A stretch of DNA of 64,000 nt, taken from contig NZ_QFRA01000016.1 in the NCBI RefSeq assembly GCF_003243515.1, positions 2,359 to 66,358 of the forward strand, read 5' to 3'. This stretch comes from Corynebacterium kroppenstedtii (lineage in GTDB: Bacteria; Actinomycetota; Actinomycetes; Mycobacteriales; Mycobacteriaceae). Shown one piece after another: positions 63,377-64,000 of this stretch. Within the stretch, counting starts at the first letter, position 1. The number at the start of each line of letters is the position of its first letter. The position numbers and the translations under genes are program-made. The notes under the pieces were generated by a model, which had not been told where the DNA came from, searched no databases, and worked only from the letters and a program-made list of their open reading frames with translations.

Positions 63377-64000
63377 ATGTATCCCAATACAACTGTTATC
63401 TCTTCTACTGACCCACTTTCACCTAGTCTTCGCACCGCTCGAGACCAAGCGCGCAGCGTTGAAATATTCACGGGAGCGGGGATGAGTGCTGATAGCGGTT
63501 TAGATACTTTCCGCGATGCCGAGACTGGTTTATGGAGCCACGTGGACCCCCAAGCGATGGCCAGTATCGATTCGTGGCGGGAAGATCCCGATCCCATGTG
63601 GGCCTGGTATCAGTGGCGGGAACACTGTGCGCGTGAAGCGCAACCTCATGCCGGGCACAAAGCGTTGGCCCGGTGGGGTGCGCGCAATGGGGTGTCGATG
63701 CACACCACGACCCAAAATATCGATGACCTGCACGAACGCGCGGGAGCAACAAATGTTGCGCACCTCCACGGCCGCTTGAACGAATATCGGTGCAGTGTGT
63801 GCGGAAAGCCCGCGCCTGGTGAAGAACCCCCGGCCCACCCAGTTGAGCGGCTCGCTCCCTCTCGCTGCGTGGAGTGCGGAGGAACAGTTCGCCCTAATGT
63901 CGTGTGGTTTGGCGAGGCCCTGCCGTCTAAGGATTGGTCAGAGGCAGAAGCAGCTATGAACGACGCTGACCTGGTTGTGATTATCGGGACGTCCGGCGTC
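63377..64000 (+). CDS. cobB: NAD-dependent protein deacylase (Sir2 family), N-terminal 208 codons; continues beyond the right edge
   Basis: My translation gives MYPNTTV...VEIFTGAGMSADSGLDTFRDAETGLW...TTQNIDDLHERAG...HLHGRL..YRCSVCGK...RCVECGGTVRPNVVWFGE...VIIGTSG, with Sir2 motifs and a Zn ribbon. An alternative in-frame GTG start lies at 63368. Confidence 0.85.
   Translation, partial: MYPNTTVISSTDPLSPSLRTARDQARSVEIFTGAGMSADSGLDTFRDAETGLWSHVDPQAMASIDSWREDPDPMWAWYQWREHCAREAQPHAGHKALARWGARNGVSMHTTTQNIDDLHERAGATNVAHLHGRLNEYRCSVCGKPAPGEEPPAHPVERLAPSRCVECGGTVRPNVVWFGEALPSKDWSEAEAAMNDADLVVIIGTSGV

Noticed and set aside
63377-64000. Sir2-domain gene considered as part of an anti-phage system (Thoeris / DSR / SIR2-HerA type)
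   Set aside because: It has the compact housekeeping sirtuin layout (GAGMSADSG, QNIDDLH, HG, a CxxC...CxxC Zn ribbon and VIIGTSG). It has no fused or adjacent defence-type partner within the window. It reads as a CobB-type deacylase, although the 3' neighbourhood lies outside the window.

Overview
GC-rich actinobacterial chromosome segment. By gene content and order it is almost certainly Corynebacterium-type (Corynebacteriales) core genome. From memory, and not verifiable here, the order matches the C. glutamicum / M. tuberculosis blocks: gatB ... pfkA-gatA-gatC-ACT-ligA, mnmA-nifS-etfAB, glgE-glgB, nucS, atpBEFHAGDC, wecA-tsaC-prmC-prfA-rho, thrB-hom and lysA-argS. The right end (about 55.6-64 kb) looks more accessory: lutABC, tRNA-Arg(CCG), an orphan HicB-like gene, dcuA, a Pro/Ala/Lys-repeat membrane protein with a cytochrome-b-like domain, a DUF2188 gene and a partial sirtuin. 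I count about 55 protein genes and 1 tRNA. I see no rRNA, CRISPR array, transposase, integrase, or recognisable defence, prophage or secondary-metabolite cluster. I did not find a convincing novel multi-gene system; this reads as an ordinary housekeeping region with a few local oddities. The items most worth a second look are: (1) a perfect in-frame 21-bp tandem duplication at the 5' end of atpA; (2) two conserved genes (ggt and methylmalonyl-CoA epimerase), each broken by a single-base deficit in a homopolymer, so either assembly error or real pseudogenes; (3) a membrane protein joining a ~150-aa PAPK-type basic repeat tail to a putative b-type cytochrome domain, followed by 530 nt of non-coding DNA; (4) a strong intrinsic terminator whose U-tract touches the start codon of the nifS-like gene; (5) a function-unknown ABC-ATPase / NUDIX / methyltransferase trio, whose NUDIX and methyltransferase genes overlap. 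All protein calls rest on motif recognition in the supplied translations and on remembered synteny. No database search was run.
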